Positions 1 to 12,785 of a stretch of DNA of 64,000 nucleotides are shown here, one piece after another. The DNA lies in the NCBI RefSeq assembly GCF_009914755.1, contig NC_060927.1. The stretch is one strand, 5' to 3'. The notes under the pieces are model-generated. The model was not told the DNA's origin. It saw nothing but the letters and a program-made list of their open reading frames with translations, and made no database searches. The translations under genes and the position numbers were made by a program. Each line of letters opens with the position of its first letter. The stretch's first letter is position 1. The stretch comes from the human T2T-CHM13v2.0 reference genome, Homo sapiens.

Positions 1-1023
1 ACTTTATGTATTTACCCAATTATGAGAGACTTTTTCTTTTCTGGACCTTAAAGCTAAAATCTATGCTTTTATGTTAAAAACAGAGAGATTGAAGAATAAA
101 CCATCTATCTTCCCTGCCTTTAGTCATGCTACCAGCATGCTTCAATATATGCAGCTAATTAAAAATGGAATGGGATCAAAAGTTATAAGATGAAGCTTCC
201 ATTCATGACCATGGTCCAGGACTCCCAGGGAATCCTCAGTAACACAATTTCACTACCCATGAGATGATGCACGAAGATACAGAATTTGAAAGCAAGAATT
301 AAACTCACTGAAAAATTATTTTCCAATTGAATAAATTCCCTGGAGGATCAGAAACACATTGAAGCATAGTCTTCTCTTCAGGGTGCAACCATGCTCATTG
401 TGTAGCAAAAGTTAGTTGAAATACTCCTGTTGTTAACTGTAAGCAAGCCTTTTGGATTGGTTCTCACTTTCTGGCTCTTCCTCAAAAGTCCTTGTTTAAT
501 CCTTCCTTGATCACATACTTTGGTTATGATCTAATTTCATTCCACTGGGACTCTTAAAACACAGTGTCATTGAAGGCACTCTAATGGGTTTGTCAGTAAT
601 TTCCTTTTCAGACTCACAATTTAGATTTGAAATATAAACTTTTGATAAGGATATTATTCAGAAGATTAGAGAAGGAGTAAGGTTTTTTTTTTTGTCTTTA
701 GAGGATAATAAATACTTCAAAGTGTTCCCTCATGAATTTTAAAACTCAAGAACACTTTGCAAGACACAAGATAAATTATTAGTAGTATTTTTTGCAGTTT
801 AGATGAACATCTCTTTGTCATTATAATCAGGATGCTATAGTAGTAATTAAAGTTTTTTTTTAAAGTCTAATTCTTCTTTTTCTGTATATGTTTAATTGTA
901 TTTGATTTAAAGAAACACAAGTTTTTTTTATCTGTATAAACATTTCAGAATTTTCAACATGGATCTGCTCATATCGTGCTAGGTTTCTCCAAGAACAATA
1001 TCTAATATAATAATATAGTCTAA

Positions 1024-1327
<304 letters not shown>

Positions 1328-1829
1328 AATACAATCTAATTCTTAATGTGGAGACTAAAATAACTAACAAATTATTTTTAGCATCTTTAATTTGTATTTA
1401 TTTATTACTACTATTTTTCTGTTACCTCAACATAGAAAATATCACCTCACTAGTTCACTAAGCAACAGGATAAGAAATAACACATTAGAATAGTCATTCA
1501 GAATGAAACTGCTTTTCCTATTCTTTATCCATGTGTTAGTTTCTCCATTTAGAATTGGACTGAGAAAGTAATCCATGTATTTTAAGAGAAGACTGCTAAC
1601 CAGACATGTCCTGCTAGCTAAAAAGTCTACTCATTTCTCCTTTAAGAAATACAATATTATCTTGGTAATTGAGTGACATGTATCACAACTTTAGTTATAT
1701 ACACACAATGTGGTTGTTCATAAAGTTTGTTACATTGTAACTGCTTTATATTCAGTGTAAGGACTTATCTATATGTCACAATTACTAGTTTTACATTGTA
1801 TTGGTTGCCAGATATGTAGTAATTAATAA

Positions 1830-2250
1830 GGGCCATAATAAAATGATGGGTAAAAAACCACCACAAACACAGTGGCTTAAGGTAAAACATCTATTCTGAC
1901 ATATCTGTGCATTGGCTGTAAGTTGGCTAATCTAAATTGGGCTCAGCTGGTCTGGGCTCCAAATCGCAGTCTGAGTTCAAGTTTGCTCTGAGTCTCTTAC
2001 TCTCCCGGGAACAGTGGGCTATCTAAGCATGTTCTTGTCATGGCAGTGACAAAAGCAGTATTATCTAAATCCCACTGCCCAAGCATATTTCAAGGCTTTT
2101 TTTTTTTTTTATCATATCTCCTAATATCTTATTAACCAAGGCAAGTCACATGGCTGAGTCTAACATCGCTGGGGTAGGAAATTATACTTAGCTCACAGTG
2201 CAAGGGGAAAGAAAGGAAATATTTGTTGAACAGTCATCTAACTTATCACA
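1830..2250 (-). mobile_element. Old MaLR LTR (MLT1 family)
   Basis: MLT1-like motifs CAGTGGCTTAA, GGGCTCAGCTGG, AAGGCAAGTCACATGGC; ends approximate. Confidence 0.55.
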
Positions 2251-3679
2251 ATTTGGAATTTGGCTTTAAAATTTGTGGAGGAAAGTCCACTAGTATGCAG
2301 TGTCTGTCTTAGAATCTGTCCTTGGAGGCATGGTTTTAAAAGAACCTCAAATATCTTGATGTAAAGCAACCTCAAGCCATGTGCCCACAGGGAATATTCC
2401 AGTGAGGCTCAACTGCAGGTAAGATGCAGATTTATTTCAATGTAAAACAGTAAACTTAGCTCAGGTGGAACTTGCAACATCCACAGAGAAAAATGCCAGA
2501 ATCAAATGCTTGAATGAGCAGCATATGCACGAATCAGTGGTATTCAACATTACCCCTCTGCAGATTTGTGGGCCTTTTGGAACCAAGGTAATACATACTC
2601 TTGACAGAAAATTCACTTTCTGTCAAGCTCCTCAATTTTTACCTTGAGTTCTCCCTTTTCTTTAACCTCCTTCATGTGTGTGCATGCCTCATAGTTCTGT
2701 GATTCATTTGGAGAAATTGTTTTAGAAAATAATATGCTATCAATTTCTTAGCTGGATGTGTAGGAGTAAGAAAAAAATAAAGGAGCCACATTTGGGGTGA
2801 TGAAATTTTCATTTTTCACCAAGGTAAGTAGTAGTAGAGGTTGTCATTGAACCCATTACGATGGCTCACAGGAGGGAGGAAGGCATGCTCTAGATGAGAA
2901 AAAAGCAGGTATGTACTTTGGATGTTCCATTGGAACATTTTGAACATTTAGAAAATGGCAAATTGGAATCACTCACAGAACTCTGTCTTTCTCAGCAAAT
3001 TCGATGTGTCAGAAAGTCCTAAAACCCTCCCATCAGTTGACAACTTTGCTGCAAAATCTATTGCTTGAGAAATGTGAGAATAAAAATGATGTCCTCTTTC
3101 TGGTAGTGTAATAGGCAAGTGAATTACTTAATATATTTTATATTCCCCTTCCCTTCTCATACACATACACACAGTATATTAAATTTTCATTACCTAAGTA
3201 AAAGAATGAGCCTGCCTTTAGCACAAACAAGAATTTTAGATTATAAATGTCAATGTTTATTGCAAAGCATAATGCATGCAAAGCTTTTGCAAGATTGTGA
3301 AGTATATCATGAGATAAATTTGGTAAATCATATTTTGCTTTTTTTTTTGTAATCCAAAGTAAATGTTACATAGGAAGAAAATAAAAACGTGAATCATTTC
3401 TTATGCTGGGGTATATTCCTTGGAAGCATATTGATTGGGTTTTAACTATGTTGCCATGTATGTATGCATGAAATGCATCATGTATTAAATGAATTTTTTA
3501 AAAGAAAGGTTAACTCTCTAAGCCAAGATGATGGGTTTGCTAAAGGGGAGAAAATTTTTACCCATGGATTTCTTTGGACTCAGGATGATTATAATTTTCA
3601 GCTTCAGTGATTGATTTTGATGCTCTGTTTCAGGGGCCATATACTCTTGGTGAATCATTTTAAAGAACTGAGTCTGTAG

Positions 3680-4024
3680 GGCCGGGCACAGTGGCTCACG
3701 CCTGTAATCCCAGCACTTTGGGAGGCCGAGGCGGGCAGATCATGAGGTCAGGAGATCGAGACCATCCCAGCTAACACGGTGAAACCCTGTCTCTAATAAA
3801 AATACAAAAAATTAGCTGGGCGTGGTGGCACACACCTGTAGTCCCAGCTACTCGGGAGGCGGAGGCAGGAGAATGGCCTGAACCCGGGAGGCGGAACTTG
3901 CAGCGAGCCAAGACTGTACCACTGCACTCCAGCCTGGGTGACAGAGTGAGATTCTGTCTCAAAATGAATAAATAAATAAATAAATACATACATACATACA
4001 TACATACATAAAAATAAAATAAAA
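3680..4024 (+). mobile_element. AluY-like SINE with (TAAA)n/(TACA)n microsatellite tail
   Basis: GGCCGGGCACAGTGGCTCAC start, GAGATCGAGACCATCC; TSD AAAGAACTGAGTCTGTA (3662-3678) / AAAGAATTGGGTCTGTA (4025-4041). Confidence 0.95.
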
Positions 4025-4849
4025 AAAGAATTGGGTCTGTATTGGAGTGATTTGACATCAGCGCTTCAGCTTCCAAGTATTATTGAAGTAAGAGCCCAAA
4101 CTAACACTAGCTCTTGTACCCCAAGAGTTGAAAATGCTCTTACAATTTGTTTTAAAATTGTGTGACATTTTAATCACCTCTATACACAATTTCTAAAATA
4201 CAAGACCTGTCATTCGGCAGAAATGTAATAAGTATTTGAAATAAAGTAAAATCTAGTTAGAAAGTTATTTGGGCTTAGAATTTAAAGTTCTAAATTTTAG
4301 TCCTAGTTGTACACTGATATTGGAAATATAATTAATTACCTGTATGTTTAACTATCCAGAAGTTTCTGTGCCTAAAAGTTCTCCTCTGTAAATAAGGATA
4401 ATCTCTTTTCTCAAAAACTTAGCCTGAGAATGAAATAATTAACGTAATATGGAATTATCATTGAAATAATAAAACACTACACATGTGAGGTAAAACTATA
4501 TAGTTTCTTACGCTTTTAAGTTTGGGATAAAAATTTATTATAATGGTGACTTTTGACTAAAGTGGGATCACATAAATACAATATAATTTCAACAGACACA
4601 GTTCATTTTATGCTACTGAGGTTTTGTTTTTCGTTTTACTTATTTCCTTTTTTGAGGGACAACTACGTAAAATCTATCCCAACCACAATAAAAGAGTTTA
4701 TATATTTTTTCTAAGATAATTATGTATGTTGTTTTAATTCTTATTGTAAATATAATACACATTGTCTAAAATAAATACACGTAAACAAAAATGCAGATAA
4801 ACAAAAGGAATAAAATACAAATCATCTGTAATTCCACGTTTTGAGATAT

Positions 4850-5600
4850 AGCTTTCTAGTTTTATAAGTACATGTTTGCATGTGTGTATATTTACAAAAA
4901 TATACATTTTTAACAACGAAATTGTTTTGTAACTTGCTTTTCGGAAATGTACTGTCCACTTTGAAAATTTTTGCAAGCCATAAAATATTTTTCTTTTATA
5001 TATTTTTATGGCTGTTCATGTGCATTATATGACTCTACCATACTTTATTTTACCTATTCCCTGTTGTCAAATATTTAGTTGGTTTTTGTTTTTATTATTA
5101 TGATAAATAATGCTGCAGTGAATAATTTTATAACAAATTACTTACTGGAAACTTGATATATTTCCATGCTTATTCAAGCCATCTTTTTCATTTCTCAGTG
5201 AAGTTTTATAACTTGCATAGGACTTGGATAGCACTTATTGTTTCATTCATTTTATTAAGCTCTCTCATTAGTTATTAGTTTTAAAAATGTTATTCCAGAC
5301 TCTCTTTTTAATACTTTTTCCCTTTAATGCATTAACTTATGGTTACAGGACAACAATGGATAGTAGTACCAGCAGACATTGTCAAATTGTTTTTGCTTTT
5401 CACAGTTAAGTTTCTATTGAGATATCAACCACTAGTTTGAGATTATTATTTACTATGTTAAAGAGGTTTAGCAATCAATTTTGTAAAATTATGAAATAGA
5501 TGATGGAATTTTTCAGTTTTTTTTTGGCATTTATTAGGATAATTCTATAGCTTTGGGCTTTTTGCCTAGTAACAGGATTGGTTTTAATAAGGATTCATGT
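4850..5600 (-). mobile_element. Ancient L1M (L1ME-like) fragments
   Basis: Degenerate antisense L1 3-prime motifs (TTTATGGCTG...CCTATTCCCTGTTG...ATTTAGTTGG...AATAATGCTGCAGTGAA). Confidence 0.45.
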
Positions 5601-5944
5601 AGTAAAGTTAACTATGGAACTGTGGAATGAAGGCTATACTTAGAGACCAAAAAAATGCTGAGAGTGAAATATGATTCTGAAGAGTATTGAATTAACCACC
5701 CTGGAAAACTCATTTATCTGCTTTGAAATTTAGTTTACTTTTTGAAGTAAAAGCACTAAACCTGTCACAGAATTAACATGAATATGGAAGTGTTTTTTAA
5801 AGTATACTGTTTAAATATCAGGATGGTATCTATAATTTTATTTAGCTATACTTAATCAGTTTTCAAGTGCAAAGACGAGCACAGTATTCATATTTCTAAG
5901 AGGGTCTTTTGATTTTCCTAGTTGCACAGGTTTTTTTCCCCGTT

Positions 5945-6078
5945 AACATTTAACTGAAGTAAAATGTATGCACAGAGAAGTGTACACATCGTAAATGGAA
6001 TATGGTATCACAAAAGGGACTTAGCCATACAACCCCCTTCAAGGTCAAGAAATAGAATATTACCAGTATCCTAGAAGT
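5945..6078 (-). mobile_element. Ancient L1M 3-prime end fragment
   Basis: CACAGAGAAGTGTACACATC...GGTCAAGAAATAGAATATTACCAGTATCCTAGAAG resembles an L1ME/L1MC terminus. Confidence 0.4.
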
Positions 6079-6185
6079 GTGAGAGATGATTCTAATTTTA
6101 GAATATTAACAGTGTTACCTGAATCCTTTTAAGAAATCAGAATGTGTGTTACTGCTCAGCTGCATGATTAAGAAACCTATACTTT

Positions 6186-6490
6186 GGCCGGGCGCGGTGG
6201 CTCACGCCTGTAATCCCAGCACTTTGGGAGACCGAGGCGGGTGGATCACAAGGTCAGGAGATCGAGACCATCCTGGCTAACATGGGGAAACCCCGTCTCT
6301 ACTAAAAATACAAAAAATCAGCCGGGCATGGTGGTGGGCAACTGTAGTCCTAGCTACTCGGGAGGCTGAGGCAAGAGAATGGCGTGAAACTGGGAGGCAG
6401 AGCTTGCAGTGAGCTGAGATCGTGCCACTGCACTCCAGCCTGGGTGACAGAGCGAGACTCCATCTCAAAAAAAAAAAAAAAAAAAAAAAA
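6186..6490 (+). mobile_element. AluY SINE, full length, long A tail
   Basis: Canonical AluY sequence; perfect 16-bp TSD AAGAAACCTATACTTT (6170-6185 / 6491-6506). Confidence 0.97.
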
Positions 6491-6983
6491 AAGAAACCTA
6501 TACTTTGTAAGAAGAAATTTTAATACTAAAAATCTTTGGACATTTTCAATTAGAACATACGGAATAATCAAACACCAAGATGCCATGGTTATTTCTCCAA
6601 TAAAAAACAGTCTTCTTAACAATCAACTTTCTATGCCTTCTTCAGCCAGTTTACTGCCTTCATCTTAATTCCCTGATTTTTGAATTTTAAAACAAAGAGG
6701 CTGCAATATTTAAAAAAAAGTTACAAGTTGGTAAATGTGAGGCTATACATTGTTATTTTTGAGATTAAAATGCTCCTTAATTTTTGATTTAGGTAATGCA
6801 ATATGCTTGAAAGTTTCAGGAGTGCTATTACATGATCTCTTTTTAACCTCATAAGAATCCTCTGACACAGCTAGATAAATGTTAAGAGAAAAAGACAAAG
6901 AAGGCAATACCCAGAGAAACAGTTGGTATGAAGTCAAATATTTTTAGGTGCAATGGTCTAAATAAGATTAACTTTTATATCTT

Positions 6984-7276
6984 TTTTTTTTTTTTTTTGA
7001 GACGGAGTCTCGCTGTCGCCCAGGTTGGAGTGCAGTAGCGCGATCTCGGCTCACTGCGGGCTCCGCAGCGGGGTTCATGCCATTCTCCTGCCTCAGCCTC
7101 CCGAGTAGCTGGGACTACAGGCACCCGCCACCACGCCTGGCTGATTTTTTGTATTTTTAGTAGAGACGGGGTTTCACCGTGTTAGCCAGGATGGTCTCGA
7201 TCTCCTGACCTCGTGATCTGCCCGCCTCGGCCTCCCAAAGTGCTGGGATTACAGGCGTGAGCCACCGTGCCCGGCC
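6984..7276 (-). mobile_element. AluY SINE, AluYe-like
   Basis: CpG-rich; sense strand reads GAACCCCG..GCGGAGCCCGCAG and GACAGCGAGACTC (2-nt deletion); TSD TAACTTTTATATCTT (6969-6983) / TATCTTTTATATCTT (7277-7291). Confidence 0.93.
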
Positions 7277-9729
7277 TATCTTTTATATCTTAAGTGAGTA
7301 TCATTTACATGATAGGATAGCTATATCTCTTTGGAAAGATCTGTATTTCTAATATATAATAACAATTTTTCTTTTAAATTTGATGAAAGATGCTGACATC
7401 TTAGCATGGAATGGTGAATGGAAGACCTTAGATATCTTGACTCTGAGCTGTTGTCTCACACTGAAAACTCGGAAATGGGTCAGGATTCAGAGAAACTGGT
7501 CAGTGTGTTTCAGGGGCTAAAAATTAAGTACTGTAGATGCCTGAGTCCCACTTAGTCAAGTTCAAATGCTTCAAATAAATGTATCTTATTGTTATTAGGG
7601 GACATAAACAAATGATCTAATCAATACTGGAATAATAGGTACAAACTTCACATGCCCCCAAGTTTCGGTGTACATGAAAATGTAACATTATTTTTTCTAA
7701 ATGTGTTTAATTTTCTGAGAGCTTAAATACCATCTTAGCATGGTGGAAATGAACTGGTTTCTCCTGCTTTGCTTTTCTGCTGCAACAGCCCTCTCTGAGA
7801 GATGGATTCCTCTCATGGCAAGGTGTGGTAGGGTGGATTATGGGTAGGTAATAGAGAGTGTAGGCACGGGAGCAAGGAATTGTTGGTGAAAAGAAATCTT
7901 GGTTATTACTTAAAATTATTATCCTATCACAGAGACTTACAAAGCCAAATTGCAAAGAGACTATGCACCAAAGTGTTGAAAGGGAAACACTCTTTTCATT
8001 TTATCTTTTCCTCAGTCTCACCCACTAACAGGTGAACGATTAGGCTCATTTCCATTTATTAATATACTGCACGGGAATAGATATGCATTTGGAGAGTGAT
8101 TAACAGAAAAACTTGACATGTTTCTTTTAGAAAAATAATGGCTGAGGATTTGGCAGACATCCAGATAACCACAGATACACCAAATTTGGTCTGGGAGCTT
8201 AAAATCCTCCTCTAGAACACAGTGACTTGGCTTTTCTAACCGATCTATTTTGGCAATAAGTTCTCTGTTCTAAATGATCCCAGCAGAATAGGTATAAAAT
8301 ACCAATGGCTTAAAAACATGGAAAATGACTGACATGCCTGGAACCTTGTCTATCCAAGACTATTTAAAGCCTATTTCTCTGGATGACATGTAGTCAGAGT
8401 TCAACATATCCATTATTGGAGGTCCTGTGCAGCCACATATAAAAATGTCAGCAGATTTGAGAGTAGTTAAACTGCAGATTGAATTTAGTAATTGTTTGCA
8501 TTGTAATTGTACATGATTTGAAAATGTCAAGGCTTTTAAATGTATAAAATTGCTTCTATGTTCTCAGTAACTGCTGTATGAAATAGCATTTTTTTCCTTA
8601 CATTACGATTTAGTACTATCATTATATGTCCTTGCAAGTGTTAACTTTGAAGTCTTCTTTGTAAAGTCTCCGACAACTTGCTTTGTAAAAAGGCTGACAA
8701 AAAGAAGAGGGCAAAAATTTAAGTAAGGTTGTATTGACTTTCCTTAGGATGGCATTTTTATTGGACTTTATGAATGATTGTGGAGTAATCACTATAGAAC
8801 TGAAAAGAAATTTACAGAGATCATCAAATATGAGTCCTTCATTTAATAAAGTGTGTTCACACTATACCATATATCAATTAAACTAAAAATTCAAAACATA
8901 GTGTATTATATATGAACAGTAACTAAAAGAGAAATGTTATTCTTTTAATTTTCTCTTTTTCTCAATCCTGACCCATGAACACCCATAGAGGAGAGTGATA
9001 GGCATAATTTTTACCATTTTTAGAAACATTTGGTCTTCATTTTGAATGATATCTCAGAGAAAAAAGTCTATATCCCTTGATCATTTATGCTGAAGGTAAA
9101 AGATGTCTTTAAGGTCATTTCTCTTAAGGATAGCTGACAGCTGTTCTTAATTGGGCTGTTTGTATCTGGATGGCCCCTTGGTTCCTTGTCCCAGTGGTTC
9201 TCAGGTATTTATATTTGCAGCAGATGTTGAAGATTTCCTTTTAAGTTCTAAGAATAACTTGGTTTGGTCATAAGTTGGCTATGATTTCCTTGGGAATCCT
9301 ATTAGGACTTCATTGCTAATTATATTTACAGGGTGAGTTTTGGTAAATCGGCACTGCAAACACTTAAGGATTCTAGCAGAATGAATGAACTTCAATGTAT
9401 CTGCTTACCTGCAATTACAATGAGTCCAGAAGAAACATAACTTTGTCCTTTGTCATATTTTGTTTTCTTGAATGGATCAAACAACTCTTTCTCCATAACA
9501 GTTATGGAGATAATTTCTATAAACAAACAAACAAATTTATTTTTGAAGGATTTGAGCAATTAACTTGGAAAGCCTTATGTGGTCTTATAAGTATTTTGTG
9601 GTTAAGTTATCTATACATGTAATGTCTAATGGCTCTTATTTTCTAGTTTATTCTGTGAACACACACTCACAAAGGAAATTTGTATTCAACATCCCTTCTT
9701 GCATTTCCTGGCCTGACCCTCCAAACAGT

Positions 9730-10235
9730 CATTTACTTATTCATTCAATTATTCAGTCACTGCCATGGTTTGAATGTGTCCCCAGAGTTCATGTGTTTGA
9801 AACTTAATCCCCAGTGCAACAGTGTTGGAAGGTGGAGCCTAATGGAAAGTGTTAAGGTTAAAAGAATTCCACTCTCATGAATGGATTGATGCCAACTATA
9901 AAAGGGCTCAAGTCTTCAACTTCAACCTCTTGCTCTCACTCCCCCTCTCTTTGCTTTTCTACAATGGGATGACATATGAAGAAGACCTTTGCCAGGTGCT
10001 GGCCCCTCAATCATGGACAGTTCAGCCTCTAGAACCATGAGTCAATGTATTTCTGTTCGTTATAAATTATCTAGTCTCTGATATCTTGTAATAGCAGCAC
10101 AAGGCAAACTAAGTCACTTACTCACAAGTATATATCAAGCTCCTTTTATGTCCCAAGCATAACATACTATTACTATTGGAAAACAAAAGTGAATTAAACA
10201 TAACTCTTTCTGCCAAGAACTTTGAGTCTTTTAGC
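9730..10235 (-). mobile_element. L2 3-prime end, split by an MST LTR
   Basis: TTATTCATTCAATTATTCA L2 tail before the LTR; TATCAAGCTCCTTTTATGTCCCAAGCA...AAAAGTGAATTAAACA after it. Confidence 0.5.
9761..10116 (+). mobile_element. MaLR solo LTR, MST family (MSTC/MSTD-like)
   Basis: TGCCATGGTTTGAATGTGTCCCC start; CAGCCTCTAGAACCATGAG; ATAGCAGCACAA...ACTAAGTCA end. Confidence 0.85.
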
Positions 10236-10789
10236 AAAGTTACGACATATACAGGTTATTTATTATATTGCTATTTATTGGGAAACATTAAATAAGAGGT
10301 ATTTCAGAGTTGAAAGGAGGGATAGTAAGGAGGGAAACTGCAGTATAATATTTGTAGATACTCTATTTGTTTATGTGTGTATATATATTACATTTTGTAA
10401 ATATGTATAAACTTATATATAAATATTTGTTTATAGTGTGTTTGTGTATGTGCTTTAGTGGTAATGCTTTCTGTTTCATTTTGTTACCAAAATACTTTGT
10501 TAAAAGAGCATCTTGAAGTATTGTTAGGAGAAGTGACTAATTTAGAGAGTTCCAAGACCAATAGATATCCTTCATCCAAAATTCCATTTCTTGGCCCTAC
10601 ATGTAAAATTGATGACTTTCTCCTTTGTTCTCTTTGTATACAGTGAACATAATTATGTAGAAAGTGTTCCAGGATGGCAAATATTTCTTATTGTCTTGTG
10701 AGCTAAATTTGTAACCTCAAAGCTAATATGCAATCAGAAAATATTTGTTGAATGAATTAATTTGGGAAGGCCAGATAAGTAGCATCCCT

Positions 10790-11238
10790 CTATTAATTAG
10801 AGATTACTTTGGACACTGTAATGAAGACCCAAAATAATACTGATGTAAGCAAGATAGAAGTTTACATTTTGGGTGTGTGCAACAATCTGATATAAATAGT
10901 ATAGGTGTATTTTTGCCATTTCATGATGTCAGAGACCCAAGTTTCTTTATTTTATTCTGTCAGCATCAATAGGGTTTTGCTTTCATTTATTTGAAACCAA
11001 TATAACTTACTGTATTACCTAAAATCCTGCTAGCCGGAAGCAAAGGAAAAATGTGGACTTAATCACTTTCAGACTTTATTCAGGAAGTTGCACAAACCAC
11101 TTTCATTTATATCCTGTTACTCACAATTTGTCATGTGGCTGCAGCTAATTGAAAGCATGGCTGAGAAATGTAGGCATTAGTTGGGCAGCCATATGTCTCA
11201 GGTAATTGGATCTAGTTAGCAGTTTCTGCTAGTACACA
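10790..11238 (-). mobile_element. Old MaLR LTR (MLT1 family)
   Basis: CAAGATAGAAGTTTA, AGAGACCCAAGTTTCTT, GTCATGTGGCTGCAGCTAA, GGCTGAGAAATGTAG. Confidence 0.55.
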
Positions 11239-12133
11239 TAGTGTAAGCATAATGTCTATTTCAACGTGATTTATTATGTTATATATCCACTATAGAATCT
11301 GGCACCTTTAATTCTGGGTAAGTGAAATGAAGAACCCCGACTTACTCTCTCACAGTTTTTCTAGCTGAACTAAGTAGCTCCTGATGTTCACTGATTATCA
11401 AAATTTTGATTATTAGAGGAACTAACATCATTTTAGAATTTTCATGTATATTTGTCAAGAAAACAATTTATTTCCGTGTTAGATTGACGCTGCCCTTCCC
11501 CTTCAGGAATATAATCCAAATAGAATAGATCACCTATTTTCCTTAATAAGTGTTCCAGATTGCTTATTGGTTCATTGTTCACTAGGCATTGTGCCAGGTT
11601 GCTGAGGCCTGTTGAAGGCAGGGTTACATATTTTTGGTTAAAAATAGGCAGGAATCTTTATTGTATCCATTCTCCTTCATCTTAGTAATACTTATAACAC
11701 ATGACAGATTACAAAAATAAAACCATTAGCTCTATTTTACATAATGGGAAACATCAGGAAGATCATATGGATTGCCAAACATCATAGGGTAGATTTCTAA
11801 CAGAACTAGATGCTTACGCACCTGAACTGCGTTATTTTCCATATTTGTCATATTTCTTTAAATATCAAAGAGTTGAGGGAGATTTCAAGCACAGCTGGAT
11901 TTTGTCACATTGTAGCATGTCTGAACTGATTAGGGGCTACTTTGTGGTCATTTCACATATCAGAGAACAGAATAGGAACTTCCTTTCCTTTGTTGCAAGA
12001 AGTTTGCTTGGCAGGTGGTGAAATTCAAGGAGATGAGCTTTGACTGAAACACATAGATGTTTTATGTAGTTAGTAAATTCTTCCTGATAAAAGTAGATGA
12101 TGATTTGTAACACAAGATGGAAGGGTTAATTAT

Positions 12134-12179
12134 TTTTCCCCACTCCACATAATTTATTTCCCCCACTCCACATAATTTA
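12134..12179. repeat. 23-bp tandem duplication
   Basis: TTTTCCCCACTCCACATAATTTA then TTTCCCCCACTCCACATAATTTA (22/23 identical). Confidence 0.9.
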
Positions 12180-12397
12180 AAAAGTGTCAGATTCTTAATG
12201 AGTACATATGCTTTAACACCTTTGATTTCCTGAAGGATAAATATGGGGTTGTATATTAAAATTCTATTACAACTCAGATGTGAAGAAAAAATGGAATGTC
12301 TTCATTTAGTCTGTATTAAGTCTTGTCTGTCTCCTAAGTATTCACTTGGTAATTAGTTGGAAAGAAAATTAATTCTTAGTGCTATTCAATTTCTATT

Positions 12398-12785
12398 TGA
12401 TATGATTTGTCTCTGTGTCACCACCCAAATCTCATGTTGAATTATAATCCCCAGTGTTGGGGGAGGATCCTGGTGGGAGGTGATTGGATCATGGGAGAGG
12501 ATGTCCCTCTTGCTGATCTCATGGTAGTGAGTAAATTCTCACGAGATCTGGTTGTCCGAAAGCGTGTAGCACTTTGCCCTTCACTTTCTCCCTCTACTGC
12601 TCTGGCCACGTGAAGACTGTGCCTGCTTCCTCTTTGGCTTCTGCCTTGATTGTAAGTCTCCTGGGGCCTCCTTAGCCATGCTTCTTGTACAGCCTGTGGA
12701 ACTGGGAGTCCATTGAACTTCTTTTTCTTTTAAATTACCCAGTGTCAGGTAGTTCTTTATAGCAATGTGAGAATGGACTAATACA
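12398..12785 (+). mobile_element. MaLR solo LTR, MSTA/MSTB-like
   Basis: TGATATGATTTG...CACCCAAATCTCATGTTGAATT start; GAGAATGGACTAATACA end; 5-bp TSD CTATT/ATATT. Confidence 0.9.

Noticed and set aside
1602-1621. p53-like AGACATGTCC
   Set aside because: Only one half site; the adjacent decamer is out of register.
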